Part shown: positions 21,286-34,839 of the stretch, one piece after another
Layout: each line of letters begins with the position of its first letter
Numbering within the stretch: the stretch's first letter is position 1
NCBI GenBank assembly: GCA_963815115.1
Contig: CAWFFN010000007.1
Span: forward strand, 416,001-480,000
Source: an uncultured delta proteobacterium
Lineage (GTDB): Bacteria > Desulfobacterota > Binatia > DP-6
DNA length: 64,000 nucleotides
Direction: 5' to 3'
Program-made: the position numbers and the translations under genes
Notes under the pieces: generated by a model
Database searches by the model: none
Seen by the model: only the letters and a program-made list of their open reading frames with translations
What the model was told of the DNA's origin: nothing

Positions 21286-22151
21286 ACGGCATCCTGCTCG
21301 TCGACAAGCCCGAGGGCCTGTCGTCCGCCGGCACCATCCGCGCCCTGAAGGCGCGCTTCGGGGCCGCCAAGGTCGGCCATCTCGGCACGCTCGATCCGTT
21401 CGCCAGCGGCCTTCTGCCGCTCTGCATCGGGGAGGCCACCAAGGTCGCCGGCTACCTGCTGCTCGAGCGCAAGGCGTACAGCGGCACGATCCGGCTCGGC
21501 GTCGAGACCGACACCCTCGACCGCACCGGCCGGGTCACGGCGACCGCGACGGTGCCCGAGCTGCCCGCCACGACGGTGGACGAGCTGGCGCGCCGCTTCG
21601 TCGGCCGGCAGCAGCAGGTGCCGCCCATGTTCTCGGCGCTCAAGCGCGACGGCGTGCCGCTCTACAAGCTGGCGCGACGGGGCATCGCGGTCGAGCGCGC
21701 GGCTCGCGAGATCGACATCGCCCGCCTCGAACTCAGGGCGCGCGGGCCGGATCGCCTGGAGTTCGGGCTCGAGTGCTCGAAGGGGACGTACGTCCGGGTG
21801 CTCGCCGCGGACCTCGGACGGGCGCTCGGTACGGTTGCGCACCTGGAGGAGCTGCGCCGGACCACCGTCGGAGCGTTCCAGGTGCGTGACGCACGCACGC
21901 CGGAGGCACTGGCGGAGATGGCCGAGCTGCCCCTCGTCTCCATCCGCGAGGCCCTCGCCGGCCTGCGCAGCTTCACCCTCGAGCCGGAGGCGCTGGTCCT
22001 GCTGCGCCGCGGCCAGCAGGGGCCATTGCGCCGGCTGCCCGCGCCCCGGGCAGGGGAGGCGGCCCTGGTGCTGGATGGGGAGGGGCTGGCGGCTGCGCTG
22101 CTCGACGTCGGGCCCGAGGGCTGGCGTCTGGCGCGCCTGCTCGCCACGTGA
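21282..22151 (+). CDS. truB: tRNA pseudouridine-55 synthase
   Basis: KVGHLGTLDPFASG, QVPPMFSALK, CSKGTYVR. Confidence 0.96.
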   Translation: MNGILLVDKPEGLSSAGTIRALKARFGAAKVGHLGTLDPFASGLLPLCIGEATKVAGYLLLERKAYSGTIRLGVETDTLDRTGRVTATATVPELPATTVDELARRFVGRQQQVPPMFSALKRDGVPLYKLARRGIAVERAAREIDIARLELRARGPDRLEFGLECSKGTYVRVLAADLGRALGTVAHLEELRRTTVGAFQVRDARTPEALAEMAELPLVSIREALAGLRSFTLEPEALVLLRRGQQGPLRRLPAPRAGEAALVLDGEGLAAALLDVGPEGWRLARLLAT

Positions 22152-22269
22152 CGGCGCCCACACGGGCCTCGACTTCGATCGCGTGCGCGCGCCTTTACAA
22201 GCCGTATCGCCCGTGTTAGACGCCGTGTGTTAAACGTCAAGCGAGAAGAACGGAAATAGAGAGGGCGGG

Positions 22270-22539
22270 ATGGCAGTGCTCCAGGAGCGAACTCGGGAGA
22301 TCGTGCAAACCAATCGGCGGCACGACACCGACACCGGCTCCCCCGAGGTGCAGGTAGCGCTCCTGACGAATCGAATCGGGTACCTCACCGAGCACTTCAA
22401 GGTACATCGCAAGGATCACCATTCCCGTCGCGGGCTGCTGAAGCTCGTGGGCCAACGCCGGCGCCTGCTCGACTACCTGAAGCGGAACGACTTCCAGCGC
22501 TACAAGGCAGTCATCGAGCGGCTCGGCATCCGCAAGTAA
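22270..22539 (+). CDS. rpsO: 30S ribosomal protein S15
   Basis: [33 protein letters not shown]. Confidence 0.98.
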   Translation: MAVLQERTREIVQTNRRHDTDTGSPEVQVALLTNRIGYLTEHFKVHRKDHHSRRGLLKLVGQRRRLLDYLKRNDFQRYKAVIERLGIRK

Positions 22540-22630
22540 GGCCCGAATTCACGCTGCATAGCAGCACCCTCCCTTTCTCCCCCGTCACGCCTCGCCAGAA
22601 TCATCGAAGCGGCGTCATGCCGCGGGGAGA

Positions 22631-24739
22631 GTGATAATGTTCCAGAAGGTCGAGGCCGACTTCCATGGTCGGCGGCTCAGCATCGAGACAGGGAAGGTTG
22701 CCAGGCAGGCCGGCGGCGCCGCGCTCATGCGGTTCGGCGAGACCGTCGTGCTGGTCACGGCGACGGCGATGCGGAGCACGCGGGAGGGAATCGATTTCTT
22801 TCCGCTCACCTGTGACTACGTCGAGAAGACGTTCGCGGCCGGCAAGATCCCGGGCGGCTTCTTCAAGCGCGAGGGGCGGCCCGCCGAGAAGGAGGTCCTC
22901 ACCTCGCGGCTGATCGATCGTCCCGTCCGCCCGCTGTTCCCGAAGGGGTTCCGCTGCGAGACCCAGGTCATCGCCACCGTGCTGTCGCACGACCGGGAGA
23001 ACGACCCCGACATGATCGCGATCGTCGGCGCGTCGACGGCGCTCACCCTGTCCGACATCCCGTGGAACGGTCCGATCGCGGCCGTCCGCGTCGGACGCAT
23101 CGGCGGCAAGCTCGTGATCAACCCCACCACGTCGCAGCTCGCCGACAGCGACCTGAATCTCATCGTCGCTGCGGGTCGCGACGCCATCGTGATGGTGGAG
23201 GGCGGCGCGAGCGTGCTGCCGGAGACGCTCCTGCTCGAGGCGCTCTTCACCGCCCACGACGCCGTGCAGCCGCTCCTCGACATGCAGGAAGAGCTGCGCA
23301 AGGCGGTGGGCAAGCCGAAGCGGGAGGTGGTCGCGCCGGCGCGCGACGCCGCGCTCGAGGCGGCAGTGTCCGAGTTCGCGCTCCCCAAGCTGCGCGAGGC
23401 GCTGGCCAAGAGCGGCAAGACGGAGCGCTATGCTGCTCTCGACCAGATGCACGACGAGGCGACGGCCGCGCTCGGCAACGGCGATCCGATGCGCGCCAAG
23501 GCCGTCGGCGAGCTGGTCGACAAGCTCAAGAAGCAGGTGGTCCGCGAGGCCATCGTGCGCGACGGCCGGCGTCTCGACGGGCGCGGTCTGGCCGACGTCC
23601 GGGCCATCACCTGCGACATCGACGTGCTGCCGCGCACGCACGGCTCGGCCATCTTCACGCGCGGCGAGACGCAGGCGCTGGTCGTCACCACGCTCGGGAC
23701 GTCGTCCGACGAGCAGAAGATCGACGCGCTGATCGGCGAGCACTACAAGAAGTTCATGCTGCACTACAACTTCCCGCCCTTCAGCATCGGCGAGGTGAAG
23801 TTCCTGCGCAACCCGGGCCGGCGCGAGATCGGCCACGGCGCCCTGGCGGAGCGCGCGCTGCTCCCCGTCCTGCCCGACGAGGACGGCTTCCCCTACACCA
23901 TCCGCATCGTCTCCGAGATCCTCGAGTCGAACGGCTCGTCGTCCATGGCGACGGTCTGCGGCGGGTCGCTCTCGCTCATGCAGGCCGGCGTGCCGATCAA
24001 GGCGGCGGTGGCCGGCGTCGCCATGGGGCTCATCAAGGAGGGGGACGAGGTCCGCGTCCTCTCCGACATCCTCGGCGACGAGGATCATCTCGGCGACATG
24101 GACTTCAAGGTCGCGGGGACCCGCGAGGGCGTCACCGCCGTGCAGATGGACATCAAGATCGGCGGCGTGACGCGGGCGGTGATGCAGCAGGCGCTCGAGC
24201 AGGCCCGCGCGGCTCGCGTCCACATCCTCGGGATCATGGACGAGGCCATCGTCGCGCCACGCGGCGAGCTGTCGATGCATGCCCCGCGGATCGTCACCCT
24301 GCGCATCAAGACCGACCGCATCCGCGACCTCATCGGCCCGGGCGGCAAGATCATCCGCGGCATCGTCGAGGAGACCGGCGCCAAGATCGACGTCGAGGAC
24401 GACGGCACGGTCCTGGTGGCCTCGGCGGACGGCGAGGCGATGCAGAAGGCCATCGACCGCATCCGCGCGCTCACCGCGGAGGCCGAGGTGGGCAAGATCT
24501 ACCGCGGCACCGTCCGGCGCGTGGTCGACTTCGGCGCCTTCGTCGAGATCATGCCGGGCACCGACGGACTGGTGCACATCTCGCAGCTCGCCAACGAGCG
24601 CGTGCGGCAGGTCACCGACGTCGTCCGCGAGGGCGATGTGATCGACGTCAAGGTCATCGAGGTCGACAAGTCGGGGAAGATCCGCCTGTCGCGGAAGGAA
24701 GCGCTGCGCGAGTCGGAAGCTCAGGGGGCCGGACGCTAG
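22631..24739 (+). CDS. pnp: Polyribonucleotide nucleotidyltransferase
   Basis: [38 protein letters not shown] and S1 domains. Confidence 0.98.
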   Translation: MIMFQKVEADFHGRRLSIETGKVARQAGGAALMRFGETVVLVTATAMRSTREGIDFFPLTCDYVEKTFAAGKIPGGFFKREGRPAEKEVLTSRLIDRPVRPLFPKGFRCETQVIATVLSHDRENDPDMIAIVGASTALTLSDIPWNGPIAAVRVGRIGGKLVINPTTSQLADSDLNLIVAAGRDAIVMVEGGASVLPETLLLEALFTAHDAVQPLLDMQEELRKAVGKPKREVVAPARDAALEAAVSEFALPKLREALAKSGKTERYAALDQMHDEATAALGNGDPMRAKAVGELVDKLKKQVVREAIVRDGRRLDGRGLADVRAITCDIDVLPRTHGSAIFTRGETQALVVTTLGTSSDEQKIDALIGEHYKKFMLHYNFPPFSIGEVKFLRNPGRREIGHGALAERALLPVLPDEDGFPYTIRIVSEILESNGSSSMATVCGGSLSLMQAGVPIKAAVAGVAMGLIKEGDEVRVLSDILGDEDHLGDMDFKVAGTREGVTAVQMDIKIGGVTRAVMQQALEQARAARVHILGIMDEAIVAPRGELSMHAPRIVTLRIKTDRIRDLIGPGGKIIRGIVEETGAKIDVEDDGTVLVASADGEAMQKAIDRIRALTAEAEVGKIYRGTVRRVVDFGAFVEIMPGTDGLVHISQLANERVRQVTDVVREGDVIDVKVIEVDKSGKIRLSRKEALRESEAQGAGR

Positions 24740-24742
24740 GGC

Positions 24743-25993
24743 ATGCGGGCGACAAGGCTCCCGAACGGCATCCGCGTGCTCTCCGAGGAGCTCGCGGATC
24801 TGGCCTCGGCGACGGTCGGCATCTGGGTCGAGAACGGCTCGCGCTACGAGTCGAGCGCGCAAGCAGGCATCTCGCACTTCCTCGAGCACCTCTTCTTCAA
24901 GGGCACCGAGCGGCGCACCGCGACGCAGATCGCCGAGGAGATCGACGCGGTCGGCGGCGTCATCAACGCATTCACCAGCAAGGAGTACACCTGCTACTAC
25001 GCCAAGGTGCTGCCCGAGCAGCTGCCCCTGGCGCTCGACGTGCTGGGCGACATCTTCCTCCACTCCCGCTTCGCCGAGGAGGAGATCGAGCGCGAGCGCT
25101 CGGTGATCCTGCAGGAGATCTCGCAGGCCGAGGACACGCCGGACGACTACGTCCACGATCTCTTCGGCCTGGCGTTCTGGCCCGGCCATCCGCTGTCGCG
25201 GCCGGTCGCCGGCTCGGCGGCCACGGTGGGGCCGCTCCAGCGCCCCGACTTCCTGCGCTTCCTCGAGGCGCGCTACCGCCCGGACCGGGTGCTGCTCAGC
25301 GCGGCGGGCAAGGTCCGGCACGACGAGCTGGTGGACGTGGTGTCCCGCACCTTCGGCGTGCTCTCCGGGTCCTCGGGCCCCGACGCCGAGCAGCCGCCGG
25401 TGACCGGCACCGGGCTGACGCTGCATCACAAGCAGCTCGAGCAGGTGCACATCTGCCTGGGCGCACCGGGGATCGCACACGCCAACCCGGACCGCTACGC
25501 GGCCCACCTGCTCAGCCAGGCGCTCGGGGGCGGGATGAGCTCGCGGCTCTTCCAGGAGGTGCGCGAGCGCCGGGGCAAGGCGTACACGGTCTACTCCTTC
25601 CTGCCCAGCTTCCACGACACCGGCTATCTGGGCGTCTACGTGGGCACGAGTGCGGAGTGGGCCCGCGAGGTGCTGGACGTCATCCAGACGGAGCTCGCCA
25701 AGATCGCTGCCGACGGACTCGGCGTGGAGGAGCTCGCGCGGGCCAAGACGCAGATGAAGGGCGGCCTGCTGCTCGGGCTCGAGACCAGCGACAGCCGCAT
25801 GAGCCGCATCGCGCGCAACGAGATCTACTTCCGGCGCGACGTGCCGCTCGCCGAGGTCGCCGCCGGCGTCGACGCGGTGACCAACGACGACATCGTGCGC
25901 GTCGCGCGCGCCATGTTCCGGCCCCAGTCCTTCGCGGTCACCGTGCTCGGCGACTTGAAGGGCGAGCGCCTCGACGGGGTGCTCGAGGGGTGA
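24743..25993 (+). CDS. M16 (pitrilysin) family zinc protease
   Basis: HFLEH motif, [21 protein letters not shown]. Confidence 0.94.
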   Translation: MRATRLPNGIRVLSEELADLASATVGIWVENGSRYESSAQAGISHFLEHLFFKGTERRTATQIAEEIDAVGGVINAFTSKEYTCYYAKVLPEQLPLALDVLGDIFLHSRFAEEEIERERSVILQEISQAEDTPDDYVHDLFGLAFWPGHPLSRPVAGSAATVGPLQRPDFLRFLEARYRPDRVLLSAAGKVRHDELVDVVSRTFGVLSGSSGPDAEQPPVTGTGLTLHHKQLEQVHICLGAPGIAHANPDRYAAHLLSQALGGGMSSRLFQEVRERRGKAYTVYSFLPSFHDTGYLGVYVGTSAEWAREVLDVIQTELAKIAADGLGVEELARAKTQMKGGLLLGLETSDSRMSRIARNEIYFRRDVPLAEVAAGVDAVTNDDIVRVARAMFRPQSFAVTVLGDLKGERLDGVLEG

Positions 25994-26457
25994 CGGCGGA
26001 GCTGCCGGTCGAGGTCGTGCGCGTGCGACCGGGAGCGGCTCCGCTCGACCTGCCGCGCTACATGAGCCCGAGCGCGGCGGGGCTCGACCTCCTGGCCGAC
26101 GTCGACGGCGAGGTCTCGCTCGCGCCCGGCGAGCGCGTGCTCGTGCCGACCGGCATCGCCATCGCCCTGCCGCAGGGGCACGAGGCGCAGGTCCGGCCGC
26201 GCAGCGGGCTCGCGTTGCGTGACGGCGTCACGGTCCTCAACGCGCCGGGAACGATCGACGCGGATTATCGCGGCGAGATCCAGGTGCTCCTGGTGAACCT
26301 GGGACGGGTGCAGGCCACGGTCCGCCGGGGCGAGCGCGTCGCGCAGCTCGTGGTGGCTCCGGTCACGCGCATCACCTGGCGCGAGGTCGCGGCGCTCCCG
26401 GCGAGCACGCGCGGCGACGGCGGCTTCGGCAGCACCGGGTCGGGAGGCGTGGCGTGA
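25990..26457 (+). CDS. dut: dUTP diphosphatase
   Basis: [32 protein letters not shown] at the end of ORF 23062..26457. Confidence 0.95.
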   Translation: MTAELPVEVVRVRPGAAPLDLPRYMSPSAAGLDLLADVDGEVSLAPGERVLVPTGIAIALPQGHEAQVRPRSGLALRDGVTVLNAPGTIDADYRGEIQVLLVNLGRVQATVRRGERVAQLVVAPVTRITWREVAALPASTRGDGGFGSTGSGGVA

Positions 26458-27752
26458 TCGATCGCTACAGCCGTCCCGGGATGGCGCGCCTGTGGTCCGA
26501 CGAGGCTCGCTTGCAGCGCTGGCTCGAGGTGGAGCTCGCCCTGGTCGACGAGCTCGCCGCGCGCGGCGACGTGCCGCCCGCGGCAGCCGCCGTGCTGCGG
26601 CGCGATGCGCGGGTCGACGTCGAGCGCATGCGCGCCATCGAGGCCGAGGTGAAGCACGACGTCATCGCATTCGTGTCCTCGGTGGCCGAGCGACTCGGTG
26701 ACGAGAGCCGGTTCCTCCACCTGGGCCTCACCTCGAGCGACGTCGTGGACACCGCCTTCGCGATGCAGCTGCGGGACGCGGCCGACCTGCTGCTGGCGAG
26801 CCTGGACCGCCTGCGCGCCGCCGTGCGCGCCCAGGCCGAGCGCCACCGTCACACGCCGATGATCGGGCGCACGCACGGCATCCATGCCGAACCCATCACC
26901 TTCGGCCTCAAGTGCGCGAGCTGGTACGTGGAGCTCGGCCGTGGGCGCCGCGCCCTCGCCGAGGCGCGCGCGCTGGTGGCGCACGGCAAGCTCTCGGGCG
27001 CGGTCGGGACCTTCGCCAACAACGCGCCCGAGATCGAGGCCGGGGTATGTCGCCGGCTCGGCCTCACGCCGGAGCCGCTCGCCACGCAGGTCGTGCCGCG
27101 CGACCGCCACGCGCACCTGTTCACCCGGCTCGCCGTCCTCGCCGGCACCTGCGAGCGCATCGCGACCGAGATCCGCCACCTGCAGCGCACCGAGGTGGGC
27201 GAGGCGCTCGAGCCCTTCGGTCGAGGACAGAAGGGCTCCTCGGCGATGCCCCACAAGCGCAACCCGGTGCTGGTCGAGAACGTCTGCGGGCTGGCCCGAC
27301 TGGTGCGGGGCTATGCCCTCGCCGCGCTCGAGAACATGGCGCTGTGGCACGAGCGCGACATCAGCCACTCGTCGGTCGAGCGCGTGATCGCTCCGGACGC
27401 GACCATCGTGCTCGACTTCATGCTGGCGCGGCTGGCCGACGTGGTGGCCGGCCTCGAGGTACGCGCCGACGTCATGGCGCACAACCTCGCGCGGCTCGGC
27501 GGCGCGGTCTTCTCGGAGCAGGTGCTGCTGGCGCTCGTGCGCCGCGGGCTGCGGCGCGACGACGCCTACCGTCTCGTGCAACGGCACGCGCTCGCGGGCG
27601 ACGATCTGCCGTCCAGGCTCGCCGGCGATCCCGAGATCACGCGCCATCTGTCCGCCGACGAGCTCGCGAGTCTCTTTGACATGCGGCACCACCTCCGGCA
27701 TATCGATGCCTTGTTCACGCGGGCGCTGGAGGACGGCGATGGAGCGCGCTGA
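26454..27752 (+). CDS. purB: Adenylosuccinate lyase
   Basis: [28 protein letters not shown]. Confidence 0.97.
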   Translation: MIDRYSRPGMARLWSDEARLQRWLEVELALVDELAARGDVPPAAAAVLRRDARVDVERMRAIEAEVKHDVIAFVSSVAERLGDESRFLHLGLTSSDVVDTAFAMQLRDAADLLLASLDRLRAAVRAQAERHRHTPMIGRTHGIHAEPITFGLKCASWYVELGRGRRALAEARALVAHGKLSGAVGTFANNAPEIEAGVCRRLGLTPEPLATQVVPRDRHAHLFTRLAVLAGTCERIATEIRHLQRTEVGEALEPFGRGQKGSSAMPHKRNPVLVENVCGLARLVRGYALAALENMALWHERDISHSSVERVIAPDATIVLDFMLARLADVVAGLEVRADVMAHNLARLGGAVFSEQVLLALVRRGLRRDDAYRLVQRHALAGDDLPSRLAGDPEITRHLSADELASLFDMRHHLRHIDALFTRALEDGDGAR

Positions 27753-28452
27753 GCTTCTCTACGAAGGGAAAGCCAAGCGAGTTTATCGGACGAGCGACCC
27801 GACGCTCCTGATCCAGCACTTCAAGGACGACGCCACCGCGTTCAACGCGCAGAAGCGCGGGACGATCGCCAGCAAGGGCATCGTCAACAACCGGATCTCG
27901 GAGGTGCTCTTCCAGCACCTCGAGTCACAGGGGGTCGCCACCCACTTCGTGCAGCGGCTGTCCGACCGCGACATGCTGGTGCGCGCGTGCGAGATCATCA
28001 AGATCGAGGTCGTGGCGCGCAACGTGATCGCCGGCAGCCTCGCGACCCGGCTCGGGCGTGCGGAGGGCGAGGAACTCCCCGCGCCGATCCTGGAGCACTA
28101 TCTCAAGAACGACGCGCTGGGCGACCCGCTGCTGAACGACTGGCACATTCGCTTCCTCGGCCTGGCCAGTCCGGAGGAGCTCGCCACGTTGAACGCGACC
28201 GCGCTACGCGTGAACGCGATCCTCCGCGCCTACCTCGATGCGCGCGCCATCGTGCTGGTCGACTTCAAGCTCGAGTTCGGCCGCCACCAGGGTCGCCTGC
28301 TGGTGGCCGACGAGATCTGCCCGGACACCTGCCGGCTGTGGGACAAGACGACCGGGCACCGCCTGGACAAGGATCGCTTCCGGCGGGATCTGGGTGGCGT
28401 CGAGGAGGCGTACCAGGAGGCGGCGCGGCGCATCTGCGGGCTCGCCGCCTGA
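27739..28452 (+). CDS. purC: SAICAR synthase
   Basis: LYEGKAK, DFKLEFG, ADEICPDTCRLWD, DKDRFR. Confidence 0.97.
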   Translation: MERAELLYEGKAKRVYRTSDPTLLIQHFKDDATAFNAQKRGTIASKGIVNNRISEVLFQHLESQGVATHFVQRLSDRDMLVRACEIIKIEVVARNVIAGSLATRLGRAEGEELPAPILEHYLKNDALGDPLLNDWHIRFLGLASPEELATLNATALRVNAILRAYLDARAIVLVDFKLEFGRHQGRLLVADEICPDTCRLWDKTTGHRLDKDRFRRDLGGVEEAYQEAARRICGLAA

Positions 28453-28712
28453 TGGCGGGTCTCCTCGCCCGGGTGACCGTCACCCCGCGACGCGGCATCC
28501 TCGATCCGCAGGGCAAGGCCGTGCAGCAGTCGCTGCACGCGCTCGGCTTCGCGGAGGTGGGCGAGGTGCGGGTCGGCAAGTACATCGAGCTCCGCCTGCG
28601 CGATCTCGATCGCACCGTGGCCACGGAGCGCGTCACCGGCATGTGCGAGCAGCTCCTCGCCAACGGCGTCATCGAGGATTTCCGGGTCGAGATCGTCGAG
28701 GGAGGCGCGTAG
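28452..28712 (+). CDS. purS: FGAM synthase subunit PurS
   Basis: ILDPQGKAV..VRVGKYIE..LLANGVIE. Confidence 0.95.
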   Translation: MAGLLARVTVTPRRGILDPQGKAVQQSLHALGFAEVGEVRVGKYIELRLRDLDRTVATERVTGMCEQLLANGVIEDFRVEIVEGGA

Positions 28713-28713
28713 C

Positions 28714-29451
28714 GTGCGCTGGGGCGTCGTCACCTTTCCCGGCTCGAACGACGATCGCGACATGCTCCGGGTCGCGGAGCGCGTGCTCGGTGACGACGGG
28801 GTGGCGCTCTGGCACAAGGACGACGACCTGCAGGGCGTCGACTGCGTCGTGCTGCCCGGCGGGTTCTCGTACGGCGACTACCTGCGCTGCGGCGCGATCG
28901 CGCGCTTCTCGCCGGTCATGGGTGCGGTGGCGCGCCACGCGGCGGCCGGCGGCTTCGTCCTCGGTATCTGCAACGGGTTCCAGATCCTGTGCGAGGCCGG
29001 CCTGCTTCCGGGCGCGCTGGTGCGCAACCGGGGTCGGCGTTTCGTGTGCGACCTCGTGACCGTCCGGGTCGAGACCAGCGACACGCCCTTCACCTATGGC
29101 TGCCGCAGCGGCGAGCTGCTCGCCCTGCCGATCAAGCACGGCGAGGGCTGCTGGGTGGCCGACGAGCACACCCTGGCGGCGCTGGAGGCGGATGGCCAGG
29201 TGGTGTTCCGCTACGCCGACCGGGCCGGACGCTCCGTGCCGGAGGCGAACCCCAACGGCTCGCTCGGCAACGTGGCGGGCGTCTGCAACCGCGGGCGCAA
29301 CGTCGTCGGCCTGATGCCACATCCGGAGCACGCCACGGACCGGCTCGTCGGCGGTGAGGACGGCGTCAAGCTGTTCCGCTCCGTCCAGGCATGGCTGGGC
29401 AACCGGCAGGCGGGCACGCGCCGCGAGCCGACCATGGTGCCCGGGCCCTGA
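28714..29451 (+). CDS. purQ: FGAM synthase subunit PurQ
   Basis: [23 protein letters not shown]. Confidence 0.97.
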   Translation: MRWGVVTFPGSNDDRDMLRVAERVLGDDGVALWHKDDDLQGVDCVVLPGGFSYGDYLRCGAIARFSPVMGAVARHAAAGGFVLGICNGFQILCEAGLLPGALVRNRGRRFVCDLVTVRVETSDTPFTYGCRSGELLALPIKHGEGCWVADEHTLAALEADGQVVFRYADRAGRSVPEANPNGSLGNVAGVCNRGRNVVGLMPHPEHATDRLVGGEDGVKLFRSVQAWLGNRQAGTRREPTMVPGP

Positions 29452-31658
29452 TGAGCGGCCCCGTGACGGCGGACGTGGCCGCCGAGCAGGGCCTGACGAA
29501 GGACGAGTACGCGCGCATCGTCGGGCTGCTCGGACGGACGCCGACGTTCGAGGAGCTGGCGGTCTTCGGCGTCATGTGGTCGGAGCACTGCTCCTACAAG
29601 AGCTCGCGCGCGCTGCTCCGCCAGCTGCCCACCAAGGGCCCGCACGTGCTGCAGGGGCCGGGAGAGAACGCCGGGGCGGTCGACATCGGCGGCGGGCTGG
29701 CGGCCGTGTTCAAGATCGAGAGCCACAATCACCCGTCGTTCGTCGAGCCCTTCCAGGGTGCCGCCACCGGCGTGGGCGGCATCCTGCGCGACATCTTCAC
29801 CATGGGAGCACGTCCGGTCGCCATCCTCGACTCGCTGCGCTTCGGCGCCATCGACCATCCGCGCACGGCGTACCTCGTGCGCGGCGTCGTCGGGGGCATC
29901 GGGCATTACGGCAACTGCATCGGGGTGCCGACCGTCGGCGGCGAGGTGGTCTTCGATCCGGGCTACGAGCGCAACATCCTGGTGAACGCGTTCACCGTCG
30001 GGATCGCGCCCGCCGATCGCCTCTTCCGCGCCTCGGCGGCGGGCCCCGGCAACCCGGTGATCTACGTCGGCTCGCGCACCGGGCGCGACGGCATCCACGG
30101 CGCCAGCCTGCTGGCGTCGGCGGCGCTCGACGCCTCGGCCGGCGAGAAGCGACCGGCCGTCCAGGTGGGCGACCCGTTCGCGGAGAAGCTGCTCCTCGAA
30201 GCGTGCCTCGAGCTGATGCGCACGGATCACATCGTCGCCATCCAGGACATGGGCGCCGCCGGGCTCACCAGCAGCTCGCTGGAGATGGCCGGGCGGGGCG
30301 GCGCGGGCCTCGTCCTCGACCTCGACGCCGTGCCGCTGCGCGAGGAGGGCATCACGCCCTACGAGATCCTCCTCTCGGAGTCGCAGGAGCGGATGCTGCT
30401 GGTCGCCCGCGCCGGGAGCGAGGATGCCGTGCGCGCCATCTTCGCGCGCTGGGATCTGCAGGCCGCCGTGGTCGGGCGGGTCACGGACGACGGCGTCTTC
30501 CGGGTGCGCTGGCAGGGTCGCGAGGTGTGCGCGCTTCCGGTGGCGGCGCTGACCGACGCCGCGCCGGTCCTCCGCCGGCCCGCCGAGGAGCCGGCCCGGC
30601 TCGAGGAGATCCAGCGCCTCGACCCGGCGACGATCGCCGAGCCCGTCGACTACACGCACGCGCTGCTCACCCTGCTCGAGAGCCCGAACCTGTGCTCGCG
30701 CGAATGGGTGTACCGCCAGTACGACCAGTTCGTCGGCGGCCAGACGCTGGTGCGCCCGGGTGCCGATGCGGCGGTCGTGCGAGTGGAGGGGACGCGGCGG
30801 GCGCTGGCGCTCACCGTCGACTGCAACGGCCGCTACGGGCTGCTCGACCCCTACCTGGGCGCGGTGCTCGCGGTGGTCGAGGCGGCACGCAACTGCGTCG
30901 CCGTGGGCGCGCGGCCGCTCGCCATCAGCGACTGTCTCAACTACGGCAACCCCGAGCGGCCCGAGGTGATGTGGGAGTTCCAGCAGGGCATCGCCGGCAT
31001 CCGCGACGCCTGCGTGGCGCTCGGCACGCCCGTGGTGAGCGGCAACGTCAGCTTCTACAACGAGACCGACGGGCAGAACATTCCGCCCACCCCGGCGATC
31101 GCGATGGTGGGGTTGCTGGAAGACATCGAGACGCTGCTGACGCCCTGGTGGAAGGGAGAGGGCGACGTCATCGTGCTGCTCGGGCGCACGCGCGAGGAGC
31201 TCGGCGGCTCCGAGTATCTCGCCGTCATCCACGGCATGGTCCGCGGCGCGCCGCCCTGGATCGACCTCGACACCGAGAAGCGCCTGCACCGGACCGTGCT
31301 GGAAGCGGCGCACGAGCGCCTGCTGCGCTCGGCGAAGGACGTGGGGGAGGGCGGCCTCGCGGTGGCGCTGGCGGAATGCTGCTTCGGCGGCCAGCGGCTG
31401 GGTGCACGGGTCACGCTCGAGGGCGGCATCCGGCGCGACGCCCTGCTGTTCGGCGAGAGTCAGTCGCGCATGGTGATCTCCCTGCGCCGCCGCTACCTCG
31501 CGCAGCTGCGGGAGCTGGCGCGTCGCGACGACGTGCCGGTGCACGTGCTCGGCGAGGTGCGCGGCCACGGGCTCGTGATCGACGACCTGGTCGATCTATC
31601 CATCGAGTCGGCCCGCGAGCGCTGGCGCCGTGCGCTCGAGCGCCGCATCGGCGGCTGA
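29451..31658 (+). CDS. purL: FGAM synthase subunit PurL
   Basis: [34 protein letters not shown]. Confidence 0.97.
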   Translation: MSGPVTADVAAEQGLTKDEYARIVGLLGRTPTFEELAVFGVMWSEHCSYKSSRALLRQLPTKGPHVLQGPGENAGAVDIGGGLAAVFKIESHNHPSFVEPFQGAATGVGGILRDIFTMGARPVAILDSLRFGAIDHPRTAYLVRGVVGGIGHYGNCIGVPTVGGEVVFDPGYERNILVNAFTVGIAPADRLFRASAAGPGNPVIYVGSRTGRDGIHGASLLASAALDASAGEKRPAVQVGDPFAEKLLLEACLELMRTDHIVAIQDMGAAGLTSSSLEMAGRGGAGLVLDLDAVPLREEGITPYEILLSESQERMLLVARAGSEDAVRAIFARWDLQAAVVGRVTDDGVFRVRWQGREVCALPVAALTDAAPVLRRPAEEPARLEEIQRLDPATIAEPVDYTHALLTLLESPNLCSREWVYRQYDQFVGGQTLVRPGADAAVVRVEGTRRALALTVDCNGRYGLLDPYLGAVLAVVEAARNCVAVGARPLAISDCLNYGNPERPEVMWEFQQGIAGIRDACVALGTPVVSGNVSFYNETDGQNIPPTPAIAMVGLLEDIETLLTPWWKGEGDVIVLLGRTREELGGSEYLAVIHGMVRGAPPWIDLDTEKRLHRTVLEAAHERLLRSAKDVGEGGLAVALAECCFGGQRLGARVTLEGGIRRDALLFGESQSRMVISLRRRYLAQLRELARRDDVPVHVLGEVRGHGLVIDDLVDLSIESARERWRRALERRIGG

Positions 31659-31713
31659 GGACGGCGCCGTGTACTCCCCCGGCGGGCTCGGATACACTGC
31701 AGGCGCCGGACCC

Positions 31714-33132
31714 ATGGAGGACAAGTTCCACGAGGAGTGCGGCGTCGTCGGGGTCTATGGCCATCCCGAGGCCGCCACGCTCGCCTATCTCTCGCTCTAC
31801 GCCCTGCAGCACCGGGGCCAGGAGTCGGCGGGCATCGTCGCCTCGAACGGCGAGGTGCTCATCGCCCATCGCGGCATGGGCCTGGTGGCCGACATCTTCA
31901 CGCCGGACATCGTGGCCCGGCTCGAGGGCCGGCTCGCCATCGGGCACAACCGCTACTCCACCACCGGCTCGACGGTGCTCAAGAACTGCCAGCCCTTCGT
32001 CGTCGAGTGGGCGCAGGGCGCCCTGGCCATCGCGCACAACGGCAATCTGGTGAACGCCGACGCCCTGCGCGAGCGCCTCGAGATCCGGGGCTCCATCTTC
32101 CAGTCGACGTCGGACTCCGAGGTCATCATCCACCTGATCGCGGCATCGCCCGCGACCACGCTCGTCGGCCGGATCGTCGATGCGCTGGCCCAGGTCCGCG
32201 GCGCCTACTCGCTCGTCTTCCTCACCGAGACGCAGGTCATCGCCGCGCGCGATCCCGGCGGGTTCCGGCCCCTGGTGCTCGGCCGGGTCGGGGACGCCGT
32301 GGTGGTGACGTCCGAGACCTGCGCCCTCGACCTCGTCGACGCGGAGTACGAGCGCGAGGTGCTGCCCGGGGAGATCGTGGTCATCGACGAGCGCGGGGTG
32401 ACCTCGCAGCGCCCGTTCGCGCCTGCCCCCTCGCATCACTGCGTCTTCGAGTACGTCTACTTCGCCCGTCCCGACAGCCAGGTCTTCGGCCGCAACGTCT
32501 ACGAGGTGCGCAAGGAGCTCGGCCGCCAGCTCGCCCGCGAGAGCGGGGTCCCCGCCGACATCGTGATCCCGGTTCCCGACTCGGGCGTGCCGGCCGCCAT
32601 CGGCTACGCCGAGGAAGCGGGGCTGCCGTTCGAGATGGGGCTCATCCGCAACCACTACGTCGGCCGGACCTTCATCGAGCCGAGCAGCTCGATCCGTCAC
32701 TTCGGCGTGAAGGTCAAGCTGAACGCGCTGCGCGAGGTGCTGTACGGCAAGCGGGTCGTCGTCGTCGACGACTCGATCGTCCGGGGCACGACCAGCCGCA
32801 AGCTGGTCCACATGGTCCGTCAGGCCGGCGCGCGCGAGGTCCACATGCGCATCAGCTCGCCGCCGACGACCAATCCCTGCTACTACGGGATCGACACGCC
32901 GACGCGCGAGGAGCTGATCGCCTCGACCCACTCGGTCGCCGAGACGCAGGCCTATCTCGCCGCGGACTCGCTGGCGTACCTGAGCCTGGACGGCCTGTAC
33001 GCGTTCGCTGGCGGCCGCCGCCAGGGCTTCTGCGACGCGTGCTTCAGCGGTCGCTATCCGGTGCCGCTCGACGACGAGGGGCACAAGCGCCAGCTGCACC
33101 TCTTCGAGGCGCGCGAGCGCCCGGAGCGCTAG
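31714..33132 (+). CDS. purF: Amidophosphoribosyltransferase
   Basis: EECG propeptide/nucleophile, [18 protein letters not shown]. Confidence 0.97.
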   Translation: MEDKFHEECGVVGVYGHPEAATLAYLSLYALQHRGQESAGIVASNGEVLIAHRGMGLVADIFTPDIVARLEGRLAIGHNRYSTTGSTVLKNCQPFVVEWAQGALAIAHNGNLVNADALRERLEIRGSIFQSTSDSEVIIHLIAASPATTLVGRIVDALAQVRGAYSLVFLTETQVIAARDPGGFRPLVLGRVGDAVVVTSETCALDLVDAEYEREVLPGEIVVIDERGVTSQRPFAPAPSHHCVFEYVYFARPDSQVFGRNVYEVRKELGRQLARESGVPADIVIPVPDSGVPAAIGYAEEAGLPFEMGLIRNHYVGRTFIEPSSSIRHFGVKVKLNALREVLYGKRVVVVDDSIVRGTTSRKLVHMVRQAGAREVHMRISSPPTTNPCYYGIDTPTREELIASTHSVAETQAYLAADSLAYLSLDGLYAFAGGRRQGFCDACFSGRYPVPLDDEGHKRQLHLFEARERPER

Positions 33133-34733
33133 GCTTCTTCCGGCCCGCCGTTGCGGCCGCGGCGGACGACGGTGTCCCTCACCCACGCCGGGTCGGTGTC
33201 CGGGTGGTCGATCGTGTAGTGCAGGCCGCGGCTCTCCTGGCGGCGCTGCGCGCAGGTGACGATGAGGTCGGCGACCGTGGAGATGTTGCGCAGCTCGGCC
33301 AGGTCGCTGGTGAGCAACACGTGCCAGTAGTACTGGCGGATCTCCTCCTGCAGGAGGGCGATGCGCTGGCGGGCGCGCGCGAGCCGCCGGTCGCTGCGCA
33401 CGATGCCGACGTAGTTCCACATGAAGCGGCGGATCTCGTCCCAGGTCTGCGTCACCACCACCAGCTCGTCGCTGCCCGTCGCCGCTCCCGGATCCCAGGG
33501 TCGGAGCGGCGGCGGGGCGGCACGGTCGCCTGCCAGCGCGGCGCAGGCGTGCGCCGAGGCGCGCTGCGCGAAGACGAGCGCCTCGAGCAGCGAGTTCGAG
33601 GCCAGGCGGTTCGCGCCGTGGAGTCCGGTGCAGGCGTTCTCGCCGCAGGCGTAGAGGCGGGGCAGGGCGGTCCGGCCGTGCAGGTCCGTGACCACTCCGC
33701 CGCAGCAGTAGTGGGCGGCGGGGACCACCGGCACCGGGCCGCGGGTCAGGTCGAAGCCGAAGCGCAGGCAGCGTTCGGTGACCGTCGGGAAGCGCGTGCG
33801 GATCCACTCCGGGTCGCGATGGCTGATGTCGAGGTAGACGCACTCCCAGCCGTGCACCTTCATCTCGTTGTCGATGGCGCGTGCCACGATGTCGCGCGGC
33901 GCCAGCTCGGCGCGCGGGTCGTAGCGCCGCATGAAGGGCTCGCCGCCGGGTGACCGCAGGATGGCTCCCTCGCCGCGCAGCGCCTCGGTGAGGAGGAACG
34001 ACTTCGCCTCCGGATGGTAGAGGCAGGTGGGGTGGAACTGGATGAACTCCATGTTGGCGACGGGTGCGCCGGCCCGATACGCCATCGCGATGCCATCGCC
34101 CGTCGCCACGTCCGGGTTCGAGGTGTAGAGGTAGACCTTGCCCGTGCCGCCCGCGCACAGGAACGTCGCCGGTGCGATCATGCGGTGCACCTCGCTGGTG
34201 GCGCGGTCGAGGACGTAAGCGCCCCAGCAGACGGGCGGCTCGCCGGAGCGGTCGAGGAGAAGATCGACGGCGAGGTGGTTCTCGAGGATGCGCACGCGGG
34301 GCGTGGCACGTACCGCCTCGCTGAGCGCGCGGATGATCTCGTGTCCGGTCGCGTCCAGGGCGTGCAGGATGCGCCGCTGGGAATGCCCACCCTCCTGGCC
34401 GAGATCGTAGGCCCAGCCTTCGGGATCCTCCCGGCCGTCGAAGTGGACGCCCAGGCCGATGAGGTCGCGGACCCGGTCCGGACCCTCGCTCACGACGGTG
34501 GCGACGACGTCGCGATGGCAGAGCCCCGCTCCCGCCCGCAGCGTGTCCTCGATGTGTGACTCGAACGAGTCGTCCGGGCTCCAGACCGAGGCGATGCCGC
34601 CCTGGGCGTACCGGCTCGAGCTCTCCGGCAGGCGGTCCTTGGTGACCAGCAGGACGCTGCCCGATGCGGCGCAGCGCAGGGCGCAGGTGAGCCCGGCAAT
34701 GCCACTGCCCACGACGAGGAAGTCGGCGTCCAT
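33129..34733 (-). CDS. nadB: L-aspartate oxidase
   Basis: [41 protein letters not shown]. Confidence 0.96.
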   Translation of the reverse strand: MDADFLVVGSGIAGLTCALRCAASGSVLLVTKDRLPESSSRYAQGGIASVWSPDDSFESHIEDTLRAGAGLCHRDVVATVVSEGPDRVRDLIGLGVHFDGREDPEGWAYDLGQEGGHSQRRILHALDATGHEIIRALSEAVRATPRVRILENHLAVDLLLDRSGEPPVCWGAYVLDRATSEVHRMIAPATFLCAGGTGKVYLYTSNPDVATGDGIAMAYRAGAPVANMEFIQFHPTCLYHPEAKSFLLTEALRGEGAILRSPGGEPFMRRYDPRAELAPRDIVARAIDNEMKVHGWECVYLDISHRDPEWIRTRFPTVTERCLRFGFDLTRGPVPVVPAAHYCCGGVVTDLHGRTALPRLYACGENACTGLHGANRLASNSLLEALVFAQRASAHACAALAGDRAAPPPLRPWDPGAATGSDELVVVTQTWDEIRRFMWNYVGIVRSDRRLARARQRIALLQEEIRQYYWHVLLTSDLAELRNISTVADLIVTCAQRRQESRGLHYTIDHPDTDPAWVRDTVVRRGRNGGPEEA

Positions 34734-34839
34734 GCCCCGGAGGGGTCAGCTTTCCGTGGCCGGTGCCGCCGGGTCAAGCGCCGGAGGGGGAGGGGCGCGA
34801 GTTGACCTCCAGGCGGTCGATCCGTATGCTCCGCCCCCA

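Noticed and set aside
166-34158. Very long antisense or alternate-frame ORFs (e.g. 166..3336, 3170..6466, 22601..25615, 31411..34158)
   Set aside because: Shadows of real genes in high-GC DNA; Arg/Ala/Gly/Pro-rich with no motifs.
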